Positions 8,737-18,115 of a DNA stretch of 64,000 nt are shown in pieces. The first letter of the stretch is position 1, and each line of letters starts with the position of its first letter. Made by a program: the position numbers and the translations under genes. The stretch spans positions 1,799 to 65,798 of the forward strand of contig CAJOFL010000019.1 of assembly GCA_905233895.1 (NCBI GenBank). Reading direction: 5' to 3'. Origin of the DNA: an uncultured Bacteroidales bacterium (GTDB lineage Bacteria > Bacteroidota > Bacteroidia > Bacteroidales > P3). A model generated the notes under the pieces. The model had not been told where the DNA came from. It was given only the letters and a program-made list of their open reading frames with translations, and made no database searches.

Positions 8737-9053
8737 CAATAGACGAAGGATTGAACGAGCTGGCTCGCCAGCAGTACCCACATCAGGTGGATGTCGTACA
8801 GGCCGTTATGGCCCAGGTGCGGCAGCATCCTTACCTGCAGCCCGTGCGCCGAGTGCAGACCTGGCAGCGGGTCGTGTCGTCTTCGGTGGCCGCCGTCCTG
8901 CTGGCACTGGTCGTCAGCGTCACGGTGGTGCGCATCCAGGCCTACAACGAGGCCGGCATCGGCTCGATGATAGCGCAGGTGCAGGACTACAACTACTACG
9001 GCTCGGTAGAGGAGGCTGCCATGAACCCCATTGAATACATCTACGAAGAATAA
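8733..9053 (+). CDS. Putative anti-sigma factor (single-pass membrane protein)
   Basis: ATGA overlap with the sigma gene stop. Short cytoplasmic N-terminus followed by a TM segment VAAVLLALVVSVTVV. Function is inferred from context only. Confidence 0.5.
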   Translation: MTIDEGLNELARQQYPHQVDVVQAVMAQVRQHPYLQPVRRVQTWQRVVSSSVAAVLLALVVSVTVVRIQAYNEAGIGSMIAQVQDYNYYGSVEEAAMNPIEYIYEE

Positions 9054-9060
9054 GAACGCT

Positions 9061-9501
9061 ATGAATATCAAGAGTATAATACTTGCCGTCGCCCTGGTCG
9101 CAGTGGCTGTTCCCTGTGCCGCCCAGCGCGATTCCCGTGCGCGGCATGACGAACGCAAGCCCAAGGAGATAACCGAGATGGTGGGCGACCTCAGCCAGTC
9201 GCAGAAGAAACGTCTCGACGATATCACCGACGCCTCGAAGCAGCGCGTCGCCGCCCTTCGTGCCCAGAAGAAGGCTGTGCGCGACAGCATCAACACCTAT
9301 ATGCGGCTCGACGGCGACCAGTCGGCCGTCCTCTTCCCGCTCTTCGACCGCGAAGCACAGCTGCAGCGCGAAATCTCGCGCGAGATGTACACCACCAAGG
9401 TACGGGTCGACGAGGTGCTCACCCCCGAACAGCGCAAACAACTGCGCCAGGCATCGGACGCTAAGCGGAGCGACCCGCCCAAGAAGAAACTCAAAAAGTA
9501 G
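9061..9501 (+). CDS. Periplasmic Spy/CpxP-like (LTXXQ-motif) protein
   Basis: Signal peptide MNIKSIILAVALVAVAVPCAAQ, helical charged body, LTPEQRKQL motif. The internal ATG at 9061 is preferred over 9031. Confidence 0.5.
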   Translation: MNIKSIILAVALVAVAVPCAAQRDSRARHDERKPKEITEMVGDLSQSQKKRLDDITDASKQRVAALRAQKKAVRDSINTYMRLDGDQSAVLFPLFDREAQLQREISREMYTTKVRVDEVLTPEQRKQLRQASDAKRSDPPKKKLKK

Positions 9502-9514
9502 CCAATCCCACATC

Positions 9515-9543
9515 GAAGCCCTCCACGAGGGCTTCTTTTTTTT
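9515..9543 (+). terminator. Rho-independent terminator
   Basis: Perfect 9-bp stem GAAGCCCTC / GAGGGCTTC, loop CAC, followed by a T8 run. Confidence 0.85.
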
Positions 9544-9599
9544 CATTGGGATACCGGTATTTTATTCAAAACGAAAATTTATTTCTGTAGGGGGAAAGT

Positions 9600-9778
9600 A
9601 GGCGTTGATCAGGCGTTGGTCAGGCGTTGATCAGGCGAAGGTAGGGTAAACGTGTTGTGAATTAGGATGTTATAATGCCATTTTTAAAAACTCATTAAGA
9701 TTTGTTAACGAAAAAGTGTTAAGAAATGTTAAATTTAACACTTCCCACAATGGCTGGGCGGCGGATATATTTTATATA
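9600..9778 (+). repeat. Modular intergenic repeat, copy 2 (A-type tail). Core is 9600-9647.
   Basis: Same unit order as copy 1 (GATC, GGTC, GATC), then AGGCGAAGGTAGGGT. The tail is collinear with 122-255. Confidence 0.85.
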
Positions 9779-9836
9779 AATACCGACGGCCGAAAGGCTG
9801 TCCATCGGCGTGAAATTCACAAAAAAAAACATTTTT

Positions 9837-9867
9837 TTTGCCAGTATAAAAAAAGTTCGTATCTTTG
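9837..9867 (+). promoter_or_regulatory. Bacteroidota sigma-A promoter: -33 TTTG (9837-9840) and -7 TATCTTTG (9860-9867)
   Basis: Both consensus boxes are present with a 19-nt spacer, 44 nt upstream of the ATG at 9911. Confidence 0.75.
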
Positions 9868-9910
9868 CACTCAAATTTGGAATAAATAAAATAAAACTAA
9901 AATAACAACA

Positions 9911-10609
9911 ATGAAAGGCAAAACAATCATCCAGATCGTGCTCGGCGTGGTCATTATTGCCCTCGCCATCGTGCTCTACAACAGCATCATGAAACCTGTG
10001 CGTTTCGACAACGAGTACAACAAGCGTCGCGACGCCTGCGCCGAGAAACTCAAAGCCATCCGTACCCTCGAGGAGGCCTACAAGATTACTTACGGTACCT
10101 ATTGCGGCAGTTTCGACACCCTCATTGGCCGCCTCATGACCGAGGATAGCATGAAGACCGTCATCAAGGTCACGAACTACGACAAGATTCCCGCCGACGT
10201 CGACATCAACGAGGTGCCCGAAAAGGAGGCTATCGAGAAGGGTTACATGACCCGTCAGGAGGTCTTCGTGAACCCCATCGCCAAACTGCGTGAGGACGGC
10301 AAGTTGCCCATCATCGACGCCACTGGTCACACGGTGCAGATGACCGACGACCAGATTCGCAACGTCCGCTACGTTCCCTATCCCAAGGGAGAGAACAATG
10401 AGTTTGAACTTCAGGCCGGTATGCTTGAGAAGAGCGGCTTCTTTGTGCCCGTGTTCGAGTGCAAGGTCGACCTCAAGACCCTCCTGAGCGATATGGACCA
10501 CCAGTCTGTCGTCAACAAAATCGCCGAGGTCGAGAAGGTTGCCGGTCGTTATGCCGGTTGGAAAGTGGGTGATATGACCCAGGCTGTCACCGACGGTAAC
10601 TTCGAGTAA
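9911..10609 (+). CDS. Hypothetical N-terminally membrane-anchored protein
   Basis: 232-aa ORF with coding-like composition and an N-terminal TM segment IIQIVLGVVIIALAIVLY. No family recognised. Confidence 0.6.
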   Translation: MKGKTIIQIVLGVVIIALAIVLYNSIMKPVRFDNEYNKRRDACAEKLKAIRTLEEAYKITYGTYCGSFDTLIGRLMTEDSMKTVIKVTNYDKIPADVDINEVPEKEAIEKGYMTRQEVFVNPIAKLREDGKLPIIDATGHTVQMTDDQIRNVRYVPYPKGENNEFELQAGMLEKSGFFVPVFECKVDLKTLLSDMDHQSVVNKIAEVEKVAGRYAGWKVGDMTQAVTDGNFE

Positions 10610-10615
10610 ACCATT

Positions 10616-11425
10616 ATGCCATACATCAAAAAGACTCTGATTACCACCGAGGCTTGCGATGCAGTGCACGACAAAAGACTATCCATCAGCCTCATGGCCG
10701 ATGGATTTTCTTTTTCCGAGCTCTCGGCGCAAGGTGAATTGCTCGCCTTTGGTGAGGCCGTTGGCGGGCACGACCCGTCGATGACCAACGCCACGCGCGA
10801 CATCAAGGCCTTCTTCGCCGAGGTTGGTATCCGTCCGCTGGGCTTCCGCCGTATGGAACTCACGGTGATGAGCGACGACAGCGTGTGGGTTCCAGACGAG
10901 GTTTTCTCGCCCGCAGCCGTACGCCAATACCTGAAAGTGGTTGGTGCTGAAGGGCGTCAGCCTATGACGGCTCCCTGTCGCGACCTTGCGTCGACGGCCG
11001 TTTTCACTGCCGATGAGGGGATTGCGACCGCATTCAAGGTGGCCCTTCCAGGCCTCACGGTTGCCAACCAGCATGTCCGTATGGTAGGATGTGCCTCGCT
11101 TTCAGGCAGCCATCCTGTCCTTTTGAGCCATTGGCGCCAGGGGAGGGTAGACCTCGCCGCATTTGCCGACGGGCGTTATCTCTATGGCAACACCCTTCGT
11201 TTCAACGACGAGAACACGCTGCGTTACCAGCTGCTCGAGGTGGTTCGCACCTTCGGTCTTGAACGGCCCGATACGGAATTGCTCATGTGCGGCGATGTCG
11301 ACCGTGAGCGTTTTGCCAATTATCGCCCCTACTTCCCCAAGACGACCCTCTTCACCGGACGAGCCACTGTCGGACCCGCCTTCCGTATGTTGCACACCTA
11401 CCGTCACGCGTTGATACTGATATGA
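10616..11425 (+). CDS. DUF3822 family protein
   Basis: N-terminal LSISLMADGFSFS pattern and position directly upstream of rsmD, as I remember for Bacteroidota. Confidence 0.6.
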   Translation: MPYIKKTLITTEACDAVHDKRLSISLMADGFSFSELSAQGELLAFGEAVGGHDPSMTNATRDIKAFFAEVGIRPLGFRRMELTVMSDDSVWVPDEVFSPAAVRQYLKVVGAEGRQPMTAPCRDLASTAVFTADEGIATAFKVALPGLTVANQHVRMVGCASLSGSHPVLLSHWRQGRVDLAAFADGRYLYGNTLRFNDENTLRYQLLEVVRTFGLERPDTELLMCGDVDRERFANYRPYFPKTTLFTGRATVGPAFRMLHTYRHALILI

Positions 11426-11967
11426 GGATTATTGCCGGAAATCTCCGTGGCCGCCGCCTCAACCCACCGCAGAACCTGCCTGTCCGTCCAACCACCGATA
11501 TGGCTCGCGAGAGCCTTTTCAATATCCTCAACAACTATGTTGACTATGAGGATTGCTCGGTGATGGACCTCTTCGCCGGTACCGGTGCGGTGTCGATTGA
11601 GTTCGTTTCACGCGGCGTTCGCGAGGTTACTTCGGTTGATATCAATGTGCAGTGCACCGATTTCATCAAGCAGAGCGCCCAGCAGTTCGGTATCAGGAAC
11701 CTGCATGTGGTCCGTGCCGATGTATTCGATTTGCTTAAACGACTGAACCGCAAGTTCGACGTGGTTTTTGCCGACCCGCCCTATGCGCTTGAGAATCTGG
11801 CGTCATTACCCGACCTGGTATTTGAGCGTCAAGCGCTGACCGACGACGGTATCTTCATCCTTGAGCATCCGCGCGAGTTCTCGTTCGAGGTGCATCCCCA
11901 TTTCTGGCAGCACCGCAACTACGGCAAGGTGAACTTCACTTTCTTTGCAAATAAATTAGATGATTGA
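11422..11967 (+). CDS. rsmD: 16S rRNA (guanine966-N2)-methyltransferase RsmD
   Basis: Motifs [40 protein letters not shown] and FADPPY. Confidence 0.9.
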   Translation: MRIIAGNLRGRRLNPPQNLPVRPTTDMARESLFNILNNYVDYEDCSVMDLFAGTGAVSIEFVSRGVREVTSVDINVQCTDFIKQSAQQFGIRNLHVVRADVFDLLKRLNRKFDVVFADPPYALENLASLPDLVFERQALTDDGIFILEHPREFSFEVHPHFWQHRNYGKVNFTFFANKLDD

Positions 11968-12916
11968 TATGAAAGCAGTTGTAAAAACCAACTTCAATTT
12001 CCCGAAACAGAAAAGCCTCTATGTGGGCAAAGTTCGCGATGTGTATAACATCGACGACAAGTATATGGCAATGGTCGTCAGCGACCGTATTTCAGCTTTC
12101 GATGTGGTTCTGCCCAAGGGTATACCCTACAAGGGTCAGGTGCTCAACCAGATTGCCGCCAAGTTCCTCGACGCCACCTCCGACATCCTTCCCAACTGGA
12201 AACTCGCCACTCCCGACCCGATGGTCACCGTCGGCCTCAAGTGCGAAGGTTTCCGTGTGGAAATGATTGTGCGCGGCTACCTGGCCGGCAGTGCCTGGCG
12301 CGAGTACAAGGCTGGCGCCCGTACCCTCTGCGGAGTGCCGCTGCCCGAGGGGATGGTTGAGAACCAGAAGTTCCCCACGCCCATTGTCACCCCCACCACT
12401 AAGGCCGACGAGGGTCACGATGAAAACATCAGCCGCGAGGAGATTATCCGTACCGGTCTCGTAAGCAAAGAGGACTACGACCAGTTGGAACGCTATGCGT
12501 TGCAGCTCTTCGAGCGTGGTACCAAGATTGCCGCCGAGAAGGGCCTTATACTTGTCGACACCAAGTACGAATTCGGTAAGAGAGACGGCAAGATTTACCT
12601 CATCGACGAAATCCACACACCCGACAGCAGCCGCTATTTCTATGCCGAAGGATATGAGGAGCGTCTCGCCCGCGGTGAGCATCAGCGCCAGTTGAGCAAG
12701 GAGTTTGTCCGCGAGTGGTTGATGGCCAATGGTTTCCAGGGTAAGGAAGGCCAGCAGGTGCCCGAAATGACCGATGAGATTGTCGCCAGTATCAGTGACC
12801 GTTATATCGAACTATACGAGCATATCACTGGCGAACGTTTCCAGAAGGCCGACGACTGCGCCGATGTGGCCGCCCGCATCGAACGCAACGTTACCGCCTA
12901 TCTTGCCACCCTCTGA
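11960..12916 (+). CDS. purC: Phosphoribosylaminoimidazole-succinocarboxamide synthase (long form)
   Basis: Motifs [28 protein letters not shown] and HTPDSSRY. The start may be the ATG at 11969. Confidence 0.93.
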   Translation: MIDMKAVVKTNFNFPKQKSLYVGKVRDVYNIDDKYMAMVVSDRISAFDVVLPKGIPYKGQVLNQIAAKFLDATSDILPNWKLATPDPMVTVGLKCEGFRVEMIVRGYLAGSAWREYKAGARTLCGVPLPEGMVENQKFPTPIVTPTTKADEGHDENISREEIIRTGLVSKEDYDQLERYALQLFERGTKIAAEKGLILVDTKYEFGKRDGKIYLIDEIHTPDSSRYFYAEGYEERLARGEHQRQLSKEFVREWLMANGFQGKEGQQVPEMTDEIVASISDRYIELYEHITGERFQKADDCADVAARIERNVTAYLATL

Positions 12917-13383
12917 TGGAGATTGAACGGAAATATCTGGTTGCTTCGTTGCCTGAAGGGTTGGAGGGTTTCCCCCACACCGAAATAGAGCAGAGTTACC
13001 TCTGCACGTCGCCCACTCTGCGTGTCCGCAGGATGGGCGACGACTATATCCTCACCGTCAAGGAGCATCTCAGAGAGGATTCCTCCGCTATACACAATCG
13101 CGAGGAGGAGTTTTCTCTAACCCGTGACTCCTATCTGAAACTGCGTTCCAAGTGCGAGGGTAGGACCGTGCAGAAGACCCGTTACCGCATACCGCTCGCT
13201 GACGGCCTTACTGCCGAGTTGGATATCTTTCACGGCGACCATGAGGGGCTGCTGCTGGTTGAAGTGGAGTTCTCCTCAACCGAGGTGGCTGACCGCTTTG
13301 TGCCGCCCGCTTGGTTCGGAACCGACGTCAGCCTCGATCCCCACTTTCGCAATAGTTTCCTGGCAAGTCCTGTAGTTGGATGA
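12916..13383 (+). CDS. CYTH-domain protein (CyaB-like triphosphatase/adenylyl cyclase fold)
   Basis: [10 protein letters not shown]-terminal signature and LLLVEVEF. 155 aa. Confidence 0.8.
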   Translation: MEIERKYLVASLPEGLEGFPHTEIEQSYLCTSPTLRVRRMGDDYILTVKEHLREDSSAIHNREEEFSLTRDSYLKLRSKCEGRTVQKTRYRIPLADGLTAELDIFHGDHEGLLLVEVEFSSTEVADRFVPPAWFGTDVSLDPHFRNSFLASPVVG

Positions 13384-13477
13384 ATGCTAATACTGCCTGA
13401 TTTACAATCGGTTGGCGGGTTGTGCATACGCTTAACGGCTGTATGTCAGTTGTTTACGACTATTTGTCCGAGATAAG

Positions 13478-13640
13478 TCCGTGTTAGGTCCGTGTTAGGC
13501 CCGTATTGGAACAGGGTGTGCCCGTACCGATGTCGTACCTGACCCTATGTTATCGCCTTGTTGTCCTTTACCGGTATGATTCATTATCCTTGTTTACCGG
13601 TTACCCGTTTACCGGTAACCTGGTAACCGGTAACTCGCAT
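13478..13640. repeat. Repeat-rich convergent intergenic segment: 11-mer GTCCGTGTTAG x2 plus a degenerate third copy, then four ACCGGT-centred sites
   Basis: 13478-13510 is a tandem array. 13566-13636 contains TTTACCGGT x3 and the perfect palindrome TTACCGGTAA. Confidence 0.7.
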
Positions 13641-13653
13641 TGCAATCAAAAAC

Positions 13654-13686
13654 AAATCCCCCCGGGCTTGCGGCCCGAGGGGATTT
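13654..13686. terminator. Bidirectional Rho-independent terminator between convergent genes
   Basis: 13-bp GC-rich stem AAATCCCC(C)CGGGC / GCCCGAGGGGATTT with one bulge. A-rich 5' flank and T-rich 3' flank. Confidence 0.8.
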
Positions 13687-13708
13687 GCTTTATTGGATGA
13701 GGCGCGGA

Positions 13709-16579
13709 CTAGAACCTGACCATGTCTTTGTATTTGATCTCGGTCACCTTGCCGTATTTCTCAAGGGCCTTTAGGTCGAACTTCTTGGCATTGCCGCTGA
13801 TGAAGATAATCATAGGACGGCCCTCGACATATTTGTGGTGGAAGGCCTGTAGGGCATCGTAGGAGAGGTTGGCTATTTCCTTGGTGATTTCCTGACGTTG
13901 GTCGCGGTCGGTCTTTTCCTCTTCGACCAGGTAGCGGTAAGTGCCGGGGAAGGAGCGGAAGGTCATGTAGTTTGAGTTGCGCACGGAGATGAGGTAGTCC
14001 TGTGCGTTGGAGAATTTGTCCTTGCGGTCGGGGAATCGGAGCATCAGTTCGCTCATGGCGTCGATAGCGTCGTTGGTCTTGTCGCACTGGGTACCCACGA
14101 AGCCGTAGTAGCGCGAGGGGGTGCGGTTGAAGCGGTGGTAGGAGAAATTGCCGTAGGTGCTATAGGCCAGAGAGCGCATCTCGCGGATTTCCTGGAAGAA
14201 GATACCGGCCATACTGCCGCTCATGTATTCGTTGAACATGTAGCATGTGGCGCGGTCCTTCTCGTAGTCGAAATTACCGGCGGGGATGTAGAGGTCGATG
14301 TCACTCTTGAGGAATTTCTTGTTCGAAGCGTAGAATACGCCTCCCTCGGTGAATTTGCGGGGCTGGCGATAGCGCTTCTGCATCACGGTCACATTGTCGC
14401 GGACGAGGTCGTTCTTCATCAGGAGGTCGGCCACATGCTTTGGGTCGGCATTGCCGACGTAGGTCACGTAACCGTCGCGGAGGAAGATGTTGTCGATGAG
14501 CTTGACGAGTTCTTCGCCTTTCATCTTCTTTATCTCCTTGATGGTGGCATGGTTGATGTAGTCCGAGCTGTCGCCGTAGAGAACGTACTCGTAGAGGGCC
14601 GAGGTCCAGGTGTCAGAGTTGTTCTTGGCCTCTTTCTTCGAGGCTTCGAGTTGCTCGACTAGGTTGTTGAGCTGCTGTTGGTCGTGACGCGGGTTGCGGA
14701 GCTTGAACATGGCCAGTTCCAGAATCTTCTCCATATTCTCCTCGGGTCCGGTGATGGTGAAGTGGCTGTAGTCGCTGCCACTGCTAAGATAGAAGGAACC
14801 ACCGAGGCAGTCCATCTCGATTCGGTATTGCTCGGGAGTCATGTCGCCTGCACCGATGGAGGAGAAGTAGGTCATTGTCTGGTCGATGTTGTGGTTGTCG
14901 AACGAGCCGTAGTGGTAGTAGATATTGAGGCTGAAAAGGTCGTTCTTGGGGTTCTTCGAGGCGTAGAGATTGCAGTTTTTGCTCACCGGTACAGTCTGTA
15001 CCAGTTCCTTATAGTCGAGAACCTGGGGCTGGATTTCCGCCACCTTGCGTTCGGCGATATGCTTTGCGAAGGGGGTCTTCTCACCCTGGTTCTGTGCTTC
15101 GAGGTGTTCCCAGTCTGGCTTGATGGTCTCGGGTTTGTCGGGGAATCCCATAGAGGAGCGGATGATGGTGCAACGGTTGCGGTCGTAGTATTTGGCGGCA
15201 ATCTGCATGATATCCTCACGGGTGATGTTCATAAGGCGTTCGTTGTCGCGCAGCCACTCCTCGTAGTTCGAGCCGGAGAGTTCGAGGCTCTGGAGCAGTT
15301 CGGCTATTCCGCTGTAACTCTCCAGCTGGCGTTTGCGTGAGATGAGGTTGTTCATCTTTATGCTTTCGAGCAGTTTGTCGCTGAAGCGGCCCTGCTTGAC
15401 ACTGTCGATAGCGGCCCAGATCAGTTCTTCGGCGGCTTCGTGTTTCTGGCCTATGAGTTTTGGAATATAGAGTATTACATTGGTGCCGGCATCCTGAAGG
15501 GAGAAGGGCATGAGGTAGGCGGCCATAAGTTTGCCCTCGGTGGCCAGTTCGTCAAGTCGGCCGTTGCCGCCACTGATGATGCTGCTCATCACGTCGAGTG
15601 GAAGCTGGTCGCGGTCGTTCTCCTTGACACCGGGCAGCACGATGATACCCACCTTGATGGGTGTTTGCTTCACATTCTTCACCACACGGGTGTCGAATGT
15701 AGGCAGGTTGTAGGTAGGCTCCTTCACTTTCTTGCCACAGGGCCAGATGCTGAAATATTTCTCGGCCATTTTCTTGGTTTCTGCGGTGTTGAAGTCTCCC
15801 ACGAGGATGAGGGTCATATTCGAGGCTACGTAGTATTTGTCGTAGAAACGCTTCATGGCCGATGGTTGAGGAGTCTTGAGGTGTTCGTCGAGTCCGATGA
15901 CATCGCGACTGTAGGGGTGCTCACCGAAACTCTCGGTGAAGAGGTTGCGGCTGAAGGCGTACATCTGCTCGTTGGCGTGGATGTTGCGCTCTTCGTAGAC
16001 GGCCTCCAATTCACCCTGGAAGAGGCGGTAGACGGGATTGCGGAAACGCTCAGCATAGACCTCCATCCAGTTGTCAAGTTGGTTGGAGGGGAGGGTATTG
16101 TAGTAGACTGTATAGTCGTATGAGGTGCCGGCGTTGAGTCCGGTACAACCCATCTGCTGCAGAATGGCGTCGGTCTCGTTTGGAATGGCGTACTTTGATG
16201 CGGCAATATTGAGACGGTTCACCTCAAGTTGCATCTGGTGGCGTTTTTCCAGGTCGGAAGTGGCCTGCATCTGGTCGTAGAGGTCGCTGATACTGTCCAG
16301 ATAGGGCTTCTCGGCCGCCCAGTCGGTAGTGCCGATGCGGTCTGTGCCTTTGAACATGATATGCTCGAAGTAGTGGGCCACACCTGTGGCAGCGGGGTCT
16401 TCATTCTTCGCACCTGCGTGCACAACCACAGAACCGTAGATTTTCGGCTGGTCGTGGTTTTCACAGAGGATAACCTTCAATCCGTTGGAGAGGTAGAAGG
16501 TTTCGACCTTCAGCTTCTCTTGCGCTGCTGCAGCAAAGCACAGCGTCAGGGTGAGGAGGAATAGGCTTATTCTTTTCAT
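13709..16579 (-). CDS. Secreted M16-family zinc peptidase (insulinase-like, two M16 halves)
   Basis: Signal peptide, HxxEH zinc motif (HYFEHIMFKGT), 956 aa. Confidence 0.9.
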   Translation of the reverse strand: MKRISLFLLTLTLCFAAAAQEKLKVETFYLSNGLKVILCENHDQPKIYGSVVVHAGAKNEDPAATGVAHYFEHIMFKGTDRIGTTDWAAEKPYLDSISDLYDQMQATSDLEKRHQMQLEVNRLNIAASKYAIPNETDAILQQMGCTGLNAGTSYDYTVYYNTLPSNQLDNWMEVYAERFRNPVYRLFQGELEAVYEERNIHANEQMYAFSRNLFTESFGEHPYSRDVIGLDEHLKTPQPSAMKRFYDKYYVASNMTLILVGDFNTAETKKMAEKYFSIWPCGKKVKEPTYNLPTFDTRVVKNVKQTPIKVGIIVLPGVKENDRDQLPLDVMSSIISGGNGRLDELATEGKLMAAYLMPFSLQDAGTNVILYIPKLIGQKHEAAEELIWAAIDSVKQGRFSDKLLESIKMNNLISRKRQLESYSGIAELLQSLELSGSNYEEWLRDNERLMNITREDIMQIAAKYYDRNRCTIIRSSMGFPDKPETIKPDWEHLEAQNQGEKTPFAKHIAERKVAEIQPQVLDYKELVQTVPVSKNCNLYASKNPKNDLFSLNIYYHYGSFDNHNIDQTMTYFSSIGAGDMTPEQYRIEMDCLGGSFYLSSGSDYSHFTITGPEENMEKILELAMFKLRNPRHDQQQLNNLVEQLEASKKEAKNNSDTWTSALYEYVLYGDSSDYINHATIKEIKKMKGEELVKLIDNIFLRDGYVTYVGNADPKHVADLLMKNDLVRDNVTVMQKRYRQPRKFTEGGVFYASNKKFLKSDIDLYIPAGNFDYEKDRATCYMFNEYMSGSMAGIFFQEIREMRSLAYSTYGNFSYHRFNRTPSRYYGFVGTQCDKTNDAIDAMSELMLRFPDRKDKFSNAQDYLISVRNSNYMTFRSFPGTYRYLVEEEKTDRDQRQEITKEIANLSYDALQAFHHKYVEGRPMIIFISGNAKKFDLKALEKYGKVTEIKYKDMVRF

Positions 16580-18090
16580 ATTTTTGATTTTATATAAGTT
16601 GGCAATTGTTCGATGGAGATGCGTTCCTGCTGCATGGTGTCGCGGTGGCGGACGGTGACTGCATTGTCGGTTAGCGTGTCGTTGTCGACGGTGATGCAGA
16701 AGGGAGTGCCGATTGCATCCTGACGGCGGTAGCGGCGTCCGATGGCGTCCTTCTCGTCGTATTGCACCATCATGTCGGGCATGAGGAGGTGCTGTATCTC
16801 GCGGGCTTTCTCGGGTAGACCGTCTTTCTTCACCAGCGGCAGCACGGCGGCCTTGTAGGGGGCCAGGCGGGCGGGCAGCGAGAGGACGGTGCGGACGGAG
16901 CCGTCGTCGAGGGTCTCGTCCTTCAGCGCGTGACTGAAGACGGCGAGGAAGGTGCGGTCGACACCGATGGAGGTCTCGATGACGTAGGGGGTGTAGCTCT
17001 CGTTCAGCTCGGGGTCGAAGTACTGGAGCTTCTTGCCGCTGAACTCGCTGTGGCGCGAGAGGTCGAAGTCGGTGCGGCTGTGGATGCCTTCCAGCTCCTT
17101 GAAGCCGAAGGGGAAGCGGAACTCGATATCGGTGGCGGCGTTGGCGTAGTGGGCCAGCTTTTCGTGGTCGTGGTAGCGGTAGTTCTCAGCCGGGATGCCG
17201 AGGGCGAGGTGCCACTGGAGGCGTTCTTCCTTCCAGTGCTTGAACCACTCGAGTTCGGTTCCGGGACGCACGAAGAACTGCATCTCCATCTGCTCGAACT
17301 CGCGCATGCGGAAGATGAACTGGCGGGCGACGATCTCGTTGCGGAAAGCCTTTCCCACCTGGGCGATGCCGAAGGGGATCTTCATGCGAGAGGATTTCTG
17401 CACGTTGAGGAAGTTGACGAAGATGCCCTGTGCCGTCTCGGGACGGAGGTAGAGAGTGTCGCTGTCGTCTATTACGGAGCCCATCTTGGTGGCGAACATG
17501 AGGTTGAACTGGCGCACGTCAGTCCAGTTGCGGGTACCGCTGATGGGGCACACAATACCGAGGTCAAGGATGAGCTGCTTCAGCCCGTCGAGGTCGTTAC
17601 GGTTCATGCAGTCGGCATAACGCTCGTGGATCTCGTCGATTTTCTTCTGGTGTTCCAGCACGCGGGCGTTGGTGGTGACGAACTGCTGGCGGTCGAAAGC
17701 ATCGCCCCAGCGCTTGTGGGCCTTCTCGCACTCTTTCTCGATTTTCTCTTCAATCTTGGCGATATGGTCCTCGATAAGCACGTCGGCACGATAGCGTTTC
17801 TTGGAATCTTTGTTGTCTATGAGGGGGTCGTTGAATGCATCCACATGGCCCGAGGCCTTCCATATGCGTGGGTGCATGAAAATGGCACTGTCGAGACCTA
17901 CGATATTCTCGTGCATCTGCACCATTGCTCGCCACCAGTATTGTTTAATGTTATTCTTCAGTTCAACGCCCATGGGGCCGTAGTCGTATACGGCGGCCAG
18001 ACCGTCGTAGATTTCGCTACTGGGGAAGATGAATCCGTATTCTTTGGCGTGGGATACCACTTTCTTGAACATTTCTTCTTGGTTTGCCAT
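16576..18090 (-). CDS. glyQS: Glycine--tRNA ligase (dimeric class II)
   Basis: Family-typical N-terminus FIFPSSEIYDGLAAVYDYGPMGVELKNNIK. 504 aa. Confidence 0.95.
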   Translation of the reverse strand: MANQEEMFKKVVSHAKEYGFIFPSSEIYDGLAAVYDYGPMGVELKNNIKQYWWRAMVQMHENIVGLDSAIFMHPRIWKASGHVDAFNDPLIDNKDSKKRYRADVLIEDHIAKIEEKIEKECEKAHKRWGDAFDRQQFVTTNARVLEHQKKIDEIHERYADCMNRNDLDGLKQLILDLGIVCPISGTRNWTDVRQFNLMFATKMGSVIDDSDTLYLRPETAQGIFVNFLNVQKSSRMKIPFGIAQVGKAFRNEIVARQFIFRMREFEQMEMQFFVRPGTELEWFKHWKEERLQWHLALGIPAENYRYHDHEKLAHYANAATDIEFRFPFGFKELEGIHSRTDFDLSRHSEFSGKKLQYFDPELNESYTPYVIETSIGVDRTFLAVFSHALKDETLDDGSVRTVLSLPARLAPYKAAVLPLVKKDGLPEKAREIQHLLMPDMMVQYDEKDAIGRRYRRQDAIGTPFCITVDNDTLTDNAVTVRHRDTMQQERISIEQLPTYIKSKI

Positions 18091-18115
18091 GATATTTCGT
18101 TTATGGGTTTATACG

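Noticed and set aside
13506-13700. A 64-aa ORF in the convergent spacer.
   Set aside because: It is translated from tandem repeats and the terminator hairpin. It has no start context or motif, and it runs through the terminator.
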